Assembly: GCA_036785375.1 (NCBI GenBank)
Contig: JAWMAR010000272.1
Span: 682,001-746,000 of the forward strand
Reading direction: 5' to 3'
Origin: Leucoraja ocellata
Taxonomy: Eukaryota
Length of the DNA stretch: 64,000 bases
Below, piece by piece: positions 62,543-64,000 of this stretch (the first letter of the stretch is position 1; each line of letters opens with the position of its first letter). A model generated the notes under the pieces. That model did no database searches, was not told where the DNA came from, and saw only the letters and a program-made list of their open reading frames with translations. The position numbers and the translations under genes are program-made.

Positions 62543-64000
62543 CATTTTTTTTCCTCAGTCTCTTTTTGTGTTTTCAGTTACCTTACTAAATTTTTATTTT
62601 TGTTGCCGCTTTTTCTGAACTCCTATACTCCTCGTCTCTATGGTTTACTCAGATTTTTCTCCTTGATTTCAATCTTGCCATAAATCCACCAAGGATATTC
62701 AAATCCAGCAAAAAGACATACTTTAACCAAGAAAGCAACAGTGTGGGGAAAAGAAAACTAATGATAGAGGTAAGTAGATTGCTGAGAAAGCCAATCAAAT
62801 TCTGATTAGTTGTGTGCGGAGGCAGCAAGGCAAATGAACTATATGCAGAGACAAATGGAAACAATTATACAGAGGAAACAGCAGGGAAATTTACTAGCTC
62901 AGTGAATATGAATGTGTTGCAACATTTTAAAGTCTAACTTCTGATGTATTTTTAGAAGAGGTTTGCATTTAAAAAAACAGCCTTACATTTTTGTAGTAAA
63001 CTGATATTCATGGAAGCTTTTGTCAAAGTGATTTTAACTTTTAATCTGCAATTTGTACTTTGTTTATCCAGGAACTCAGACACGCTGACCACATTTTTCC
63101 CCTTCCCTTTTTTTCCTATGTTTATTCCTTGTTATCCTTGATCTATCAGTGATGTTGCCAGCGCACTGTCCCTTGAGGTAAATTTGTGGCGATGCAATCC
63201 AGTATCACTCAGCAAATAACGATCAATTCAATAATGTATTTCCAAAATATTCCAATAAGTGTATAGTTGAATTAGGGGAAATACATGGCATAAGGATTAC
63301 GTTGTTAAAATGGAGTTAACTGAGTGGCCAAACATAAATATGCGATACAGTCAAAACAGAATGAGTGAGTTAGGAGCTGTAATGATTACATGAATTGGAT
63401 TTGAGGGGATGGAATTTCATGTTTCTGGTTATCGCACTGAACGAAAGGCAAACAAGGAGTTGGGTGGACAGTTAGTTAATGATTTTATCAGAGCACTAGA
63501 ACTTTAAGATTGTGTTTAAACAGACTCCATATGGATAGAATTAAGAAATAGGAAGGGAAATAGTTCAATTACCTTTAGCATTGTAGACCACCAAACATGG
63601 ATGGACTGGACGGAAGTTCATCAGACAGTTCAGGGATATGCAAGTTCAAAAAGTCATGAATATTGGGTGATGCTAACATTCCCAAAAGAGTACAAGAATA
63701 AAGGAAGTGGCCTCTGTCAAAGTAGGAAGTACTATATCTAAGAATGTTTCCACAACCAATCCTCAGTTAGTTTGGCTGAAATGTTCAACTGTTCCTCTGA
63801 AAATTCCAAGTGGAATGCGGAAGTCTGAGGTGCCTATTTTCCTGCCTACATAGAGTTTTAGGGAGGATTTTAAATCGACCAATATTCCTTCATAAAACGC
63901 GAGAAACGAATTAGATAAATAAAATGAAGATCCTCTTCTTATCACAGTAAGCAGAGCAATAGCTGATGTGTCCTCAGTTGACACAGGCACTATTTCCCTC

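Overview
AT-rich, repeat-dense vertebrate genomic DNA. The repeat repertoire (HE1/V-SINE-type SINEs, CR1/HER1-type LINE tails, Penelope and Rex1/Babar fragments) points to a cartilaginous fish, probably a skate or ray (inference). At least 1-12.2 kb, and up to ~48 kb if the candidate first exon is real, lies inside one minus-strand gene of the PLEKHG4B/PLEKHG4/ARHGEF40/KIAA1755 Rho-GEF family. Two coding exons are well supported (12191-11994 and 4699-3400, joined in phase 0), and there are two candidate ATG-only first exons (48018-48016, 42313-42311). Nearly all other ORFs in the track are transposon debris or chance. The most interesting object is a ~670-bp element at 27032-27701. It is an internally deleted, HERO-like non-LTR retrotransposon derivative bounded by two 137-bp direct repeats. 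Each repeat carries the three strands of a hammerhead ribozyme core in a rearranged (non-circularly permuted) order plus a kink-turn, a retrozyme-like design that would release a 533-nt unit. Also present: minimal Penelope-type hammerheads, a non-autonomous Helitron, Gypsy remnants, nested insertions and a 276-N gap with inverted flanks. Repeat family names come from recognition by eye, not a database search, and repeat boundaries are approximate unless motifs are quoted.
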